DNA of 64,000 bases. Source: Amoeboaphelidium protococcarum X5 (Eukaryota > Fungi > Aphelidiomycota). This document shows positions 26,598 through 40,254 of this stretch, one piece after another; positions within the stretch are counted from its first letter, which is position 1, and each line of letters opens with the position of its first letter. The stretch is taken from the NCBI GenBank assembly GCA_023515725.1, contig JALDTO010000206.1, forward strand, positions 454,189-518,188. The letters run 5' to 3'. Under the pieces are notes generated by a model. It was not told the DNA's origin and did no database searches. It saw nothing but the letters and a program-made list of their open reading frames with translations. The position numbers were made by a program, and so were the translations under genes.

Positions 26598-28409
26598 ATG
26601 GATCGAATTGACGAAGAGAATAGTCCACTGTTACATAATGATGCACACAGCAATAATGTCAATGCTGATTAGATCATTACTCCGATTGATAAGCGCAAGT
26701 TTTTTGCTATTCTATGTGTGGTCATCAGTGAGCCTCTGTGCATGACAATCTTCTTCCCTTACATTGTGTACTTGATACGGGATTTTAATATTACATCTAA
26801 CGAGAATGACATTGGTCTCTATGCTGGATTTCTTGCCGCAAGCTTCTCTCTAGCTTAGTTTATTACTTCTCTACTGTGGGGATATCTAAGCGATAAATTT
26901 GGTCGTAAAATAATCATAACTGTTGGTCTTCTGGGCAATATTGGCCTACTCATTTGGTTTGGTTTCGCGCGTGATTACTGGACAGCTTTGATTATTCGAG
27001 CATTCACCGGAGCATTGAATGGCAATGTGTGTGTTATGAAAAGTGTTATCGCTGAAATCACTGATGATACGAATGCTAGCATGGCTTTTGGGTATTTTAA
27101 TCTTGTGTGGTCGTTTGGCTCCATTATAGGCTCAATTATTGGTGGCATCTGTCATCATCCCGCTGACTTATATCCTTCCGTGTTTGGTTCAGAATTTTGG
27201 CGATAGAACCCGTATCTACTACCTCCCTTGGTTGCAGCGATATTGACCACCGTCGGCTTAATTGTACTTTTGGTAGTATTTAAAGATGGACCGCCTCCTC
27301 AGATTACCTCAGTAGATGATACTCCATAAACGTCTTATCACGTCCATTAGATTGTGTAATAGTCTCCTGCACTATCTTCTTAATTGAGAAATAGACGTCG
27401 ATATCTAAGCGAATATCTGGCCGGAAAGTCTCCATTGGTTAGTAATTACAGTTTTCAGTCTGTGCCAATGTCTCGGTCAAGCATAAATTAATTGGCTGAT
27501 AATTTGTCGTTTAGAGATGCAGTTCTTACCCGATCTAGTGGTGTCGACTATAAATCTGTGAGTTAAATATTCCGACGAGGTGATCGTCAATAAACTGCCT
27601 ATTATTAGTCGGAAGATTTCAAGTCTACTTATATCTGCGTGGCTGCATATGTGTGTCTAGCTCTGGCCAATGTTATGATGGATGAAGTCTACGTATGGTG
27701 GACGGTGTTGGAGCCATCGAAGGGCGGCCTTGGATTTAATCCTACTCACATTGCAATTACATTGGCAGTGTTTGCTCTCGCTGAAGTTTTGTATCAGGCT
27801 TTCCTTTATACTCGTCTGGAAGTTCGTGCTGGTATTGTAAATTATTTTAAATACTCCATGTTTGTATGCGGTCCATGTGTCATATTACTTCCGCTTATTA
27901 ATCTCTTGCTCAAAGATTCACCTGTACTCAAGTATCCTGATGGCGAGTTCAATCATCTTGATATCAATTCGTAATTAAAAGTTTGGGCGTCTCTACTCGC
28001 GCTTGGAATATTAAGAATATCTGCATAATAAGGTAACTATACCAGCATTAATATTCTAGTCAATAATTCTGCTTCAGTGTCTAACGCCGGATTTGTGAAT
28101 GGCTTATCGTAGAGTTGCGCGGCTCTGAGTCGATCAATCGGTCCTGCTTTGGCTGGGGTCGTTTGGTCGTGGAGCCTGGGAAATGGACAAGGATATCCGC
28201 TCAACTATCATTTTGTGTTCATTCTCATATGCTTATTCTATATCCTCGGTGGATGTGTTGGATTCTTCATGCCGCTATCTCTAAATCGGCGAACTTTGTA
28301 GCATTTGGCGGGTGATGATGATGATGACTTGGATAGCGATCGACTTAGTGACTATTCTGGAAATGATGCAAGCAACATGGAAACTCAAGGCTTATACATC
28401 CGAAATTGA
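26598..28409 (+). CDS. Major facilitator superfamily transporter, ZIFL/YCR023C-like (603 aa)
   Basis: WGYLSDKFGRK motif A, RAFTGALNGNVCVMKSVIAEITD, GGLGF, SRSIGPALAG. Confidence 0.88.
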
Positions 28410-28559
28410 TTAAGGTTAATTAATAGACTTCATTATATATTTCAACTTCAGACTTATGTTTTTTAGTAATATATGAACGATACTGCCTGTCTTGTACTTC
28501 ATTCGCATGAGAGGTCATTCTGAAGTAGCGAAACAAACTATAAGAATTTATAGACCACG

Positions 28560-29258
28560 ATGGATTTCGCTGCGCAGATTAAACAAGCTGAGAACGAGAT
28601 AAAATAAATAGTGAATAGTGAAGAGTATAAAGAGCTTAGGAAGATATTCGTTTGGGGCAAAGTTGATGAAAATATTCCAGAGTCGAGGAGAGAGCAAGGC
28701 GCGTAGTTGTTACTACTGCAGGAACGACTATAAGATTTAAAAGACTCGATTAGACGCAATGAAGAATTGTGGAAATCCTGCAATGCACTCAATGCAACTT
28801 CCAATGCACACTTGGTTAAAAAGGCTGACTTCACCCGCAAAGAGTACAAGAGATCCACCGCTGTTCGGGATGAAAGACTGTTTTTGTCTGATCTGGCTAG
28901 CTAGGCGTACAGAAAATTTAAGTTCCCCACTCTTTACCCGGAGAGCCCAACTTTCGGTGACTATTTGAGCGCGGCTGGTTTTTACAAGAAGGAAAATGTA
29001 TAGGCATATTTTGATGCCAAAAGAAAAGGATCTGCGGAACCTAACGCCATTAGAGACTCTTTGACTGAAGAAATTTGGTTGTATTGCATTACTTTAAATT
29101 CCAGAGTAAATCCTATATTGCATGACCATTTGCCTGTTTATCCTGATGGGAAACGTTATTTGGTTCTTGAGAATGACATGTATTTCCCGAAACTCGTTTA
29201 AGAAGCAATGAATTTGTTGTATGATGAGGATGTTTAGCTTGAGATTCAAGGATGCTGA
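28560..29258 (+). CDS. Hypothetical protein (232 aa)
   Basis: TGA-free frame from ATG GAT TTC GCT to TGC TGA; coiled-coil-like N-terminus; no family recognised. Confidence 0.6.
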
Positions 29259-29446
29259 AAGCGATTCGAGCTCGTCTGACTAAAGTACTCAATGACATAA
29301 TTCCACCACGTATGCGTCTAAATAAGGTAGCTTATATTGAACGGAAATTTTTAAAACTCATGTTCTACATTCTCAGTTTATTTCGCTGACAACTGTTTTC
29401 ACGTGTCATGCGTATCACTTTACGACTCTTTTATTCACACAAGTGG

Positions 29447-31345
29447 TCATGATGAAGTTGAGAACCAATTTATAGATGACAAATTCTGAGGTACAATGAG
29501 GTTGAGCACCCGAGGCAGACACTCCACCAGAATACCATCATATTTGATCTTTTCTCCATCAACATCAATGATTCCATTTAGACCGCGTATGGATTATAAC
29601 TATTCCTATATAGTTAACGGCGCAGCCAGTTAAGACTATTGACGCTAACCAGCCACAGGTGAACCACTCGATCCAGGAATAAGGATAAAAGATGAACATT
29701 TGGCATGGTGAACGAATGGATAATTTACATACTTGCCACTCTCCGTGTCTAATAGTACCTTCAACAAATTGCCACGCCCAGCATCTCTGTGAATCCAATA
29801 CAAATCGAGTTGACCGTCATCAAGCTAGCTCTGCGGCGCCACCAGAAAATCGGTAGCACACCAAGGCATGTTCATAGCCATAAAATAGGTAAATTCCCTC
29901 TCTGTAATGGAGACAGTCTATTTTGAATCAAGAACAGCAGCCTGAATTTACTCAATAAAATTATGGCCTCTATCTAGTTACACGCCATCTTTAAACAAGT
30001 ATAAAGATCCAGAGTACTTTCGCAACTTTATTATACGCATTACTGCCCATATCGTAAATCTCAGACCACCAGCCCAGCGTATTTTATCAGACTCGATGTC
30101 AATATCAGCTACCAAAGTCCACATGATCTCCAAGAAACCATAATGCCTCTTCTGTTATTATGAAGTACCAACACTAAGATATTCAAATGAAAACAAGTCA
30201 GTCTTCATGCAATGACGCTTGATAACATTCAACACTGCATGCGGCACATTGGGACAGTTAATATTCTTGCCAAGAGCATTTCCTGAACCACAAGGTATGT
30301 AGCCTAAAGGAACTTGCAAGCATTTCTAAGCATTCAAATTGTCAAAATCTTTAGCACAATGATCAAAACATCTGTCCATTAGCCCATTGACAAACTCATG
30401 AAATATCCCATCACCGCCACATAGAATGATAGCATCTGTTGAATGGGGATCGAATGCGCGAGCAATGTCTGCAGCATGTCCAGCTCGCTCGGTAACTATC
30501 AAATTGATTTAGATTTATGCCAGCTGGAGCATTGGTCTTATGTACTGCTTATACATTTACATCGCCTTCTTAGTACCTGAGAATGGATTAACTATGACCG
30601 TATACTTTGCGGCAGGTGCGCCAGAAGCCGAGCCGTGTCCATTCAAAAACATTTGCCTCATATCTTGAACCACTTTGACACAATCAATAGAGTCTTGTAT
30701 CATACGCAGTCTCAAGCAGAATAGACGTTCTTTTCCATTCACGATTTAAGATGCGCTAGAACCATCAACTTTAGTTTAAAGATAGAATATAACCAGATCA
30801 TACTATTCTTTACCACCAACGCTAGTAAATCCGACGTTACCGCGATAAGAAGTAGTGTTAGTCATCATAAATTGTTAGAGATCGTTCATACTCAACTCAT
30901 ATCCATGAACACTCGCATTCTAAGGCACTGCATCTAGCTCAATAACACCTATCATTGCACTCTCAGGCTCCACCATCTTCTCCCCTTACTCTAGTTAAGA
31001 GGGTGATGGCGCGCCAGCTGGAGATAGCAGATTGGTCGAAGCTGTCGCATGCTGGGACTAGTTCTATTGTGTTTGCAACATTGATAGTTGTTGTGATACA
31101 CCGCTACTACCTTACTTGATAGTAGAGGCATCAGCACTATTTCTCCCTGCAGCTGATCGAGACGCGCCGACCAGCGAACGCCTAACACCACCCAAGAAGC
31201 TCTGCATCGAACTTCTCCTCCACTACTAAGCTGATGATTTACACAAATATACACCAAATATAGACTAACCAGGTACTTTGATCTCATTATTACCACTCTT
31301 AGTACTCAGCTTCAGCGAGATTCCAACTGATTAAGAATATTCCAT
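29447..31345 (-). CDS. Sphingosine / long-chain base kinase, LCB4/SPHK-like (632 aa)
   Basis: VIVNPFSGTKKA, TERAGHA, CGGDGIFHEFVNGL, IPCGSGNALA, ADIDIESDKIRWAGGLRF, VDGE. Confidence 0.9.
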
Positions 31346-31487
31346 CGACGCGTCATAAACAGCTCCACTTTTCGTTCCAATTTACACTTGCACTTACATT
31401 GTCTAATTAGGGATCTAATGCTTCTTATTATGTACTTTTAGATATCAAGTACCGCGAGATATTCTATTCGAAAGGTTTGTGGAGACT

Positions 31488-31523
31488 AAATTGATATGGA
31501 GAAATAAATTGATATGGAGAAAT
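31488..31523. repeat. Perfect 18-bp tandem duplication AAATTGATATGGAGAAAT x2
   Basis: Seen directly in intergenic DNA. Confidence 0.8.
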
Positions 31524-31675
31524 AAATTTGTCAGATTATAACATTTGCGCAAGAAGGTGTAATGGAAATACTTGCGCCACACTGAATCATCTAAAATTTA
31601 TTATAATCAAGTCCCACAATATTAAGTATGCTTTCAAGTATGCATATGTAGATCTCGCAAGTCCTGCAATACAAT

Positions 31676-32461
31676 TCACCGTTAAGTATGGAATATGGAC
31701 CGATATAAGGGACTGGAGTACAGTCGACGAAAGATAAAGTAGCCATACAGAGCAGAGGGCCGTAGATCACCGCTGAGCCAAGATCGACGCGCAATCAAGA
31801 AACCGGACGCGAGTTCCAACACACAGCCAGCGAGGACTATTTTATTACCATACAATAGTCGTTTGAATCTGTTGATGATACTATTTAAACTCCACAAACC
31901 ATTAGATTCCGTATCAGACAGTAATGCAGAGTAACCATTGAGCGTAAATCCAGAAGATACACTACCACAAATAAGTTGAAGAACGTGAGTGATCCTCCGT
32001 CCTAGCAATGATCTAATATATGGATGAGATGCAATCGAATGAGCATACGATGCAACGTGTGATGTTGAGTATAATGCAAACACTATAAGTAACAAATCAT
32101 ATTCATTCCACCCAGCCAGCCTTGATATCTAAAGACTATGATTTTTTGATAAATAAAGTGCGAGTACGATATATATAAAACTTTCATCGTTCCACACAGC
32201 TTACATCCACGGCCAGAGACGAGATAGAGAATGTTGGGGAATTTTGTACTTTTACCATAGAGATATCAAATTTGCAACTGACCAAGACAGCATAGCGAAA
32301 GCATATAATTATTGAGAAGATGCACCAGTCTAGCTACCGTCTCTGTATACCACAACTTACAATACATACTTTATAGAACATGATAATCCAACAGAGTGAC
32401 ACAGAGCCCACAGTCCATGCAGATTTATTCTACTTTCCACAAAATTAACAAGATTATTCAT
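31676..32461 (-). CDS. TMEM33/Pom33-like membrane protein (3' end uncertain)
   Basis: LWALCH, DESFIYIVLAL, FALYSTSHVASY and YGYFIFRRLYSSPLYRSIF resemble the Pom33 family pattern. Confidence 0.55.
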
Positions 32462-33094
32462 TCAATTTTTACAACTGACAATTCCAATCTACGTAATGTT
32501 AAGTAATTTAAATTTTGGCCGGTATTTATAGGAATTTTGTAGGAGTTTAGAGAGCAAAAGGGCGACACAATAAGGGAACGCTCCTAATAATTGCTCGACT
32601 GTAAAGTTCCAACGGCAAAGGTAAAAGAAGACGCCCGCGTTCTCTTCAGACTTGAGAATGGCGGTTCGAGTGGGAAGATTAAGTCTTCACACATAATAGC
32701 GAAATTCATTCAAGCAGAATTGCCATGTTAATAAATATCACCTGCAACGTTCCGTAAATAGTAGCGAAAGAAATGCTCTTAAATCCGCACAGTATCAGTT
32801 TCGACACAAAGGTTTAATTGTGTTGCATTTGCTTAGAATGCACGTGTCGCTTTGTAACATATAAATATTGAAAAGCCTAGTCTAATGAAAAGATCAATGT
32901 AAATATACACGTATATACATATGCAGAGTTGAGATGGATAAAGATCGCAAAAAAGGTGCGGTTTCATCAGTTCTGCTCAATTAGTGTCAAATCAACATCA
33001 ACGGATGAACAAAAGTCAAATTCTACCAAGAGTGAAGAGAATTACTGTATTGTCTTCATGCAAAATTTAAGTACAAATTGATACATATATAATC

Positions 33095-33407
33095 TCATGC
33101 GGATGCGCCGCCACGAAGAGCCAATACCAAGTGAAGAACGGAGCCACCTTCAACGCCATAATCTTTCGCAGTCTTGTCATCACTCATCTGCTTGCCACCA
33201 AATATAAGTCTCTGCTACTGTGGTGGTATAGCCTCCTTCTCTTCGATTCTCTCTTTAATCCTCACGATTTTATCTGCAGGCTCAACATCAATTTCAATCT
33301 ATACACGTAAAAATAGGGAGATAATGACAAGTTAATACACTTATAATCTATGGAATATTCACGGTACTTACTTCTTTGCCAGTCAACGTCTTAATTTTTA
33401 TCAACAT
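33095..33407 (-). CDS. NEDD8: Ubiquitin-like protein NEDD8/Rub1 (intron 33299-33371)
   Basis: [12 protein letters not shown]|IEIDVEP...[15 protein letters not shown]...[11 protein letters not shown]; TAG sits at a conserved Gln. Confidence 0.96.
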
Positions 33408-35742
33408 CTATGCGCTAAATATGGGATTTGTGGAACGCCAATATAAAGGTGGGGTGAATAAGGCAGATTACTTTTATTAGAATTAAGCTGTGGTAAAAAG
33501 AAGAAGAAAGTAAACTTAGTCTTGCGACACTGCAATGGCAGAAACAAGATAAGGCAGTCAATAACAAACGGAAGTAACTTGAAAACGATATTATTCACAC
33601 AACAATACTTCTTAGACATACAATATTAAGCATATTAAATCACCCAGAGCAGCCAGCGAATGCGCAGCATCAGTTTTAGTGCAGTAATCGGGCAGCTAAT
33701 TTCTAGACACTGGCTCGCGCGGCCATACTGAAAGTTTTACCGAGCGATTCTATCAGTTAGAATGTAACAGCGCACTGAGTGGGCAACTTGAGCATACTTA
33801 TTTACCAAGAGCAATCGGAAAACGCGCAATATGAGTTTGTGTGTTATGTGTAAGCAGTCTTATAATTAAACATTCGCTAGCGATATGAGAAATGGCTGGA
33901 TGGACTGCACCACTTATTGGCTAATGTTAAGGCAATTCAACTACAGATCGGAAAATAAGTTTCACTTTAAGCTAGAAATTTCGCCATTCATAATCAACTT
34001 AAACCAAAAACTATTACGCGATAGATTTATTGGTGTACAAGTATGATTGTTTCAATCAGTTCTGTTTCACAGAGGTGTATACCACGCTTACCTACACAAT
34101 TTTGAGGTAAAACCCACTCACCGGTTTTCGCACGAATGCTGAATCAGCACCGTTTTATAGCTGCTTCTCACGATTGCGTTAATTTTATGGCTGGTTTCGT
34201 CGATTCGGGGGACGGAAGTGAATGATATGCAATGTGGTGACTGGTCGCCATGAAACTGATCGAGGCGTGTCTCGTCTTGTTCTTTCACACTCTTACATTT
34301 AAACTACCTCAAGGTCAATGAGAAAGAGAAGATTGATAATCAAGATCTGTGTCACTATCAGTGATCAGACTATCATAAGAGGCTTCTCTAACTACAATGT
34401 TACACGACTAATCAGATTGCGTAGACTAACACAACTCAAATTCCAACTTATTGAAGCGGGGACGCGTATTGACTCGCAATAATGGTCTGACTTATTAAAA
34501 AGCCTTTGACCGTTGAGGACGCGTAGTTTGTTAATATCACTCAATTTAATGATGAAGTAGTCAAAAATGGTTTCTATACTGAAGAATGTCAGGACTTTTT
34601 ACTTGGAAAATATTATTACAGAAGACTGAATCTGTAGACCAGTCTTGTTGATGATCATTTAAAGTCTCTATGCGGTAAGACGTCTGAAACGATTCGGAAT
34701 GAGCCTTGGCCGCCTCAGCTATAACGTCACGTTGCTGTATTGGTGCCATTTTATATGGCGGTATTGGAGAAGAACATATTCTTGTAATTTGCCACATCTT
34801 CTGGTACACTTTCCCCATCGAGATAATCAATTGGTTGAGGGTAGTGAAATCGTCGGTTTCAGGTGACTGCTGCCATACGACTTCTGGCCAACAACCGCTA
34901 CAAATGCTCCTATGGCAAGAGTAACAATAGTTACTGCCCATTTAGCTACAATAGTTTGATACCACTATGTATAAGATCAACGGACCATTGTAAGGAGCCG
35001 AGGTTTGGCTTGTTCGGCACATTTAACATGAGCTGGAAATTCCTGTAAAGAGGATGACTGTCATAAAGTCGCAGTAGGCGATTGAAATGAAGATGACAAA
35101 GCGCCTCCTAGCTTAAAGCATAGGAAGCGTAACGCGAGTATTAATATTGAAATCATGAGCGAATAAACTTTATTCGAGTGGTTAACTCAAATTTATTTAA
35201 AGTCTATTATCGTCTTTACAACAATGACTTGAAAACTCTTTGAGCTGCTATTGGCGAAAAAAGATTTTCTATTTATCTTGGTGGGCATTGAAAGGATTTT
35301 CGAGGATGCCTATGTCAACTCATATATACATATACGTCTACAATGCTCAATGCTGTCCTTAATCAACTCAATAATTGAAACAACACTCTAATAAATGAGA
35401 ATTCAGACTACTCCAAACTGGCGAAGTTTTTTCAATATCTTTATCCCTTCTTTTAATATAGTCTTACCTATCAAATGTCTTTCATTAATTCATCTAAGCT
35501 TTCAAGTTAGCGATTGAGCAGCGTCAATTTATGAGTAACACCTAAGACTGAACGCTTTTGCAGACTTTGAAGCTGTCTTCTTTCAGTCGTTCCGTCTCGT
35601 TCCTTTGCTTTACCTGAACGTGCGTTACTTTTCTTTATTACTTCTGTGAGACAAGTACCTAGTGTGTTAATAATAAACATTTAATTATTCTCTAACGTAA
35701 TTATCTAATAGAAGATATTAACTAGCAAAAGTATATTCAATA

Positions 35743-36603
35743 ATGTTTCCAGAGTGTCCGCTACCTTTTGATTAGACCAACTACATGAATAATAATAATA
35801 GTAGTGGTAGTACCAACTTGAAGGCTGCTCACTACAGCGATCCAATGACTCGCACGCAATAGCCAATTGTGACCGGAAGTTCTGTACTGGCAGTCAAGTA
35901 CAAGGACGGTATTGTAATGGCGGCAGACTCGCTGGCTAGCTATGGATCGCTGGCAAGATTCAGGGATGAGGTGCGCATAGTTGAAGTTAACAATTGTCTG
36001 GTGGGTGCGAGCGGTGACTTTGGCGACTTTCAGTATGTCAAGGACTAGTTGGACTCGCTGGCCATTGCTGAGTCTATTCGCAATGATGCGGATACTCTCA
36101 CCGCAGATAATGTGTACCAGTATTTGAGTCAGATGATGTATCAGCGCAGAACCAAGATGAACCCGCTGTGGAATAGTTTTATCGTCGGTGGTGTGGATGT
36201 GAAGAAGGATGGAAGTGGTGATAAGGAACTGGTGCTTGGATGTGTGAATCTGCATGGAACCACTTGGTAATCCGACTGTCTGGCCACTGGCTTTGGTGCA
36301 TATTTGGCTCAGCCGCTATTGCGCAAGCTGTATGAAAAGTATCCCGGTACTAATTAGGACTCGTCAGCACAATCGCAGTAATAATTCCAAGGCTACAAGG
36401 CGATAACTCTTGAACAGGCTATTGAAGTCCTAGAGTCATGTATGCGTGTGCTGTGGTGCCGTGATGCTCGCAGTAGCAAGAGATATTATCGCGGTGTGTG
36501 CAAGTATGTGAATGGACAAGTGTAGACTTCCGTTGAAGGACCATTTGAAGTTGAGGCAGAGTGGGGATTCGCAGAGGATGTCAAGGGATATGGACGTTCT
36601 TGA
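35743..36603 (+). CDS. PSMB4: 20S proteasome subunit beta-7 (PSMB4/Pre4; 286 aa)
   Basis: [52 protein letters not shown]. Confidence 0.95.
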
Positions 36604-36735
36604 ACTTGGTTTGTGAATACTGTTACTCCTTTTTTATACTTGACTGAATTTAAATACAATCGTGTATAATCAGCTCAAATTGAACATCTTTTATTTCTCA
36701 CGTTTTAAAAACATTTTCCACTACATGATGACGGG

Positions 36736-39399
36736 TCATTGAGTAACTTTCACAAATACATCCTCCAATCCTGTTCTTTTGACTGAAATCTTGATAATCT
36801 GCTTCAACTTATCTCCACCTTGAAGCTATTTAAGCAATTCGTAAAACTAATCATCTTCCTGCGGAACATTAACTACAGCCAAATATTGAGTCTCCAAGTG
36901 CTGTTAAGTGAAAGATTCCATGGATGCAGCTGGACAGTACCTTTGTATAGCCTCAATCAGATGGAGTTTGTATTCAGAGATGCTTTGATCTAGGTGAGAG
37001 CAATCTAGCAAAAGTTCCAAATTTAGAGCACCAAAACGAGATTTCAGACTTAATGAAGTGCCACAACATTCGATTCCGCCATTCTTCATGATCAGCACTT
37101 TATCGGACAATACATCACACTCTTCCATAGAGTGAGTGATCAGTAAGATAAGTCGATTCTGCTTCATCTCTTAAATAAGATTCCACAAATCGCGTCGAAT
37201 GTATGGATCAACACCAGATGTGCACTCATCTAATATGACCACTTTAGCATGAAGGAACGCCATTGCTGCACATAAACGCCTCTTCATTCCACCAGAGAAT
37301 TAATACACTGGCCGATATCGCTATTGCCATAAATTCACAGAATGCAAAAGAAACTCAATCTACCGAGATGCTTATACTGAATCCATCATCTTGATCTTAC
37401 TCAACATGATCATATGCTCAAGGGGAGTCAGCTCCTTGAAGAGAATGTCTTGTTGAGAGCATACACCCAAAATCTTGCGGATATCAAAACTCTGCTTTGA
37501 GAACAGTTTTCCATCAATAAGAGCATCACCGTAAGTAGACTTTATCAATCCAACCAGCATATTGACCGTGGTAGATTTACCGGCTCCATTTCTGCCTAGT
37601 ATAGCAAGTATTTCACCTTGATCTGCAGAGAACCAAATCTAATTCACAGCCTTGAACTCATTCTTGTTATTACTATTTAGCAATGATGTAGAAGATTTGT
37701 ACACTTTAGTTAGACCATAGACTTATAATAGCGGCGCGTTACCAGACATTACTTGATCAGATTCAATAAGATCAGCAACATCCTGCTCCATCTAGACAAC
37801 ATCCATACGCAACGATGACTATTATGTTCCTCTTTATTAAATATTCAACAATCTTAATAGTTTATGAAAATCATACTTCTTTACGTTGAACCATTTATTG
37901 TTCCAAAATCTAGGCAGAAATGGTTCATACCAGTAAAATCCTTCCGAGTCTGCATTAGACAATATTTGATCCAAATAGACAGCCAACACTCCAAACATTA
38001 CAAAATTAACAGCGAGCATAAAGACTGAGTACTCCAGAGTTGGCATTGGAATCTACTTGATTACTGGAGGATAAACTGAATCATTGACAGTCTCATTGTG
38101 ATAACGCACCTGCCACAGATCAGACCAGTGATATCGGGCACTCTCTGACGCTTACAATTTGGTACTAATCTCACAAAATCCCTCAGCCAAATTGTAAGAT
38201 GGAAACAGAAGCGACAGTATTACCGGGACAATGCTATTAACGGTATCAGGATTATTTAACGCATCCTTAGCCTGAGTCTTTCCCACGATAGCCACAATCA
38301 GCAGACCGAGTATGAAATGCAGCATACCAATGTTCAAAGAACTCTTGGCACGTTGAATGAACACGTAATTGAATAAAGCAAATGCAGTCATAGCCACAGA
38401 GAATACGCCAAATAAGAGGAATATCACACCTGCATTTACATTAACAAAAAATTTCAAACGTAACGCATATCCAGTCAGATAAAGCACTGCGACAGCAATC
38501 ATGGATACGATAGTTCCCCATACGACAACAGAAAAGTAATACGCGCTATCAACCATTCCATTCAACCGCAGATACTAAACCAATCTGGTATCCTTTTCAC
38601 TGCACACATTGTAAAGCAGAATAATGAACTAAAACATGATACCGCAGTAAAAAAAGACTGGTCCAAGATCATCAGATGCAGATTCCCCAGACCTGAAGCC
38701 CAATTTAGGATATGCCTTCTTGTTAAAATGGAGCATCTCGCGCGCTTATTACGCAGAGATCTAATCAGTGACATTTGTATCAGTATCTCCAACAGATGTT
38801 ACTAATTAAGATCTTAAATGGCGATTGTAATGAAATCTAAATATGGCTTAATCCACAGCTATGTGTAATTCATTTCTATTCTCTGGCTTCCTCGCAGGAC
38901 TGAAAATCATGATCGGATCCAGAGTGGAGTTGTACATGAGAGTGTATCTATACTCAGTGTCAACATCATCATTAAATATCAAGGCATTTGTGGTAGTATT
39001 AGGATGCTGCTTGATGTAATCAACAAGACTATCTCTATCGGCCATCTACTCAAACTCTTCCACCGGGAGTCCACTCTACTCAATGACGTACTGCATCAGA
39101 GTGGTGTAATCATCACGAGGAGGGATGACATACCTCACAGTCTTGCACGGTACCCCATTCCACAGTCTGCATCTCTAAATGGACCCAAACTCTTGTATAG
39201 GAGGATTAATATCGCGAATGAGAGGATTGTATGGATTGTCGCGAATATCTTTGGGTAGCATATCAACAAAATATAACAGGGACACAAATACTAATGGACA
39301 TAGTAATTACATAACAGTCAACTTCCATCTTCTCTTTGTGAATAACACATTTTTATACATTAGCGCATTAAAATGCGCCAAAAATCTACTAAAGCCCAT
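36736..39399 (-). CDS. ABCA-subfamily half transporter (887 aa)
   Basis: [55 protein letters not shown]; all fragments in one frame. Confidence 0.92.
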
Positions 39400-39600
39400 G
39401 TTCAGTCTTTTATAAGGTAGTACTCTAACAGTACTCTGTCACTGAAACTGATGCACAACTGAGATAAGAATGAATGAATCAATCAACCAACGACTCAATC
39501 AATTGAGAGATTGAAAAGAAGAGATCGCCCCTTTTAACCGAGTGATTACACTATACACGTGTTTCAAACATAACGCGAGTTGCCGGGGGCATGGCAAACA

Positions 39601-39925
39601 CAGTTTAACTTTTTGCGTTCACTGAAAGCAGCTTCAAGTTGAAAACTCATCCGGGGACAGAGTGGTTCAATGAACGCATTTTGCGTTCATCACTGACAAG
39701 ACGCGCGCATATTGCGTAAACTCCCTTAGCTTAAAGCGAACCACTCTAGCAACTAAAAATAAGACTCTAGACACTCAGTTTAACATTCTGCGTTCACTGA
39801 AAGCAGTTTCAAGTTGAAAACTCATCAGGGGACAGAGTGGTTCAATGAACGCATTTTGCGTTCATCACTGACAAGACGCGCGCAAAATGCGTAAACTCCC
39901 TCAGCTTCAAGCGAACCACTCTAGC
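39601..39925. repeat. Two 150-bp direct repeats (39601-39750, 39776-39925) separated by a unique 25-bp spacer; internally palindromic
   Basis: 142/150 identity by manual alignment; ATGAACGCA-TTT-TGCGTTCAT hairpin and AGAGTGGTTC...GAACCACTCT pairing in each copy. Confidence 0.92.
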
Positions 39926-40254
39926 GGTTTAATTCCAGTCTTTGCATACATGCATTCTCTGCGCAGTGGCCTTGAATTGTGTTTTACGTTAAACTAGTAT
40001 ACTGGGATGGTCAAAATGTTTTTCGAGAAATCTTGATTATAAAGCAATTTTATATTTGCGAATTAGCGCAGAGAACTAATCCACAAGTGTATAATACAGT
40101 AGCTTGTACGGTAAATCATGTATAATCATATTACATCATGTCAAAGATCGATTGATGCAATGATTACTGGTTGAATACAAATAAATGCAGAGGATTCTTG
40201 TCAAAATTGATAAATTTTGCAATAAGTACAAACGTATTAAAGCATACAATATCA

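Noticed and set aside
39601-39925. Bona fide CRISPR array or hAT-type MITEs
   Set aside because: Only two units of 150 bp, no cas genes, and no 8-bp TSD around the internal AGAGTGGTTC inverted repeat
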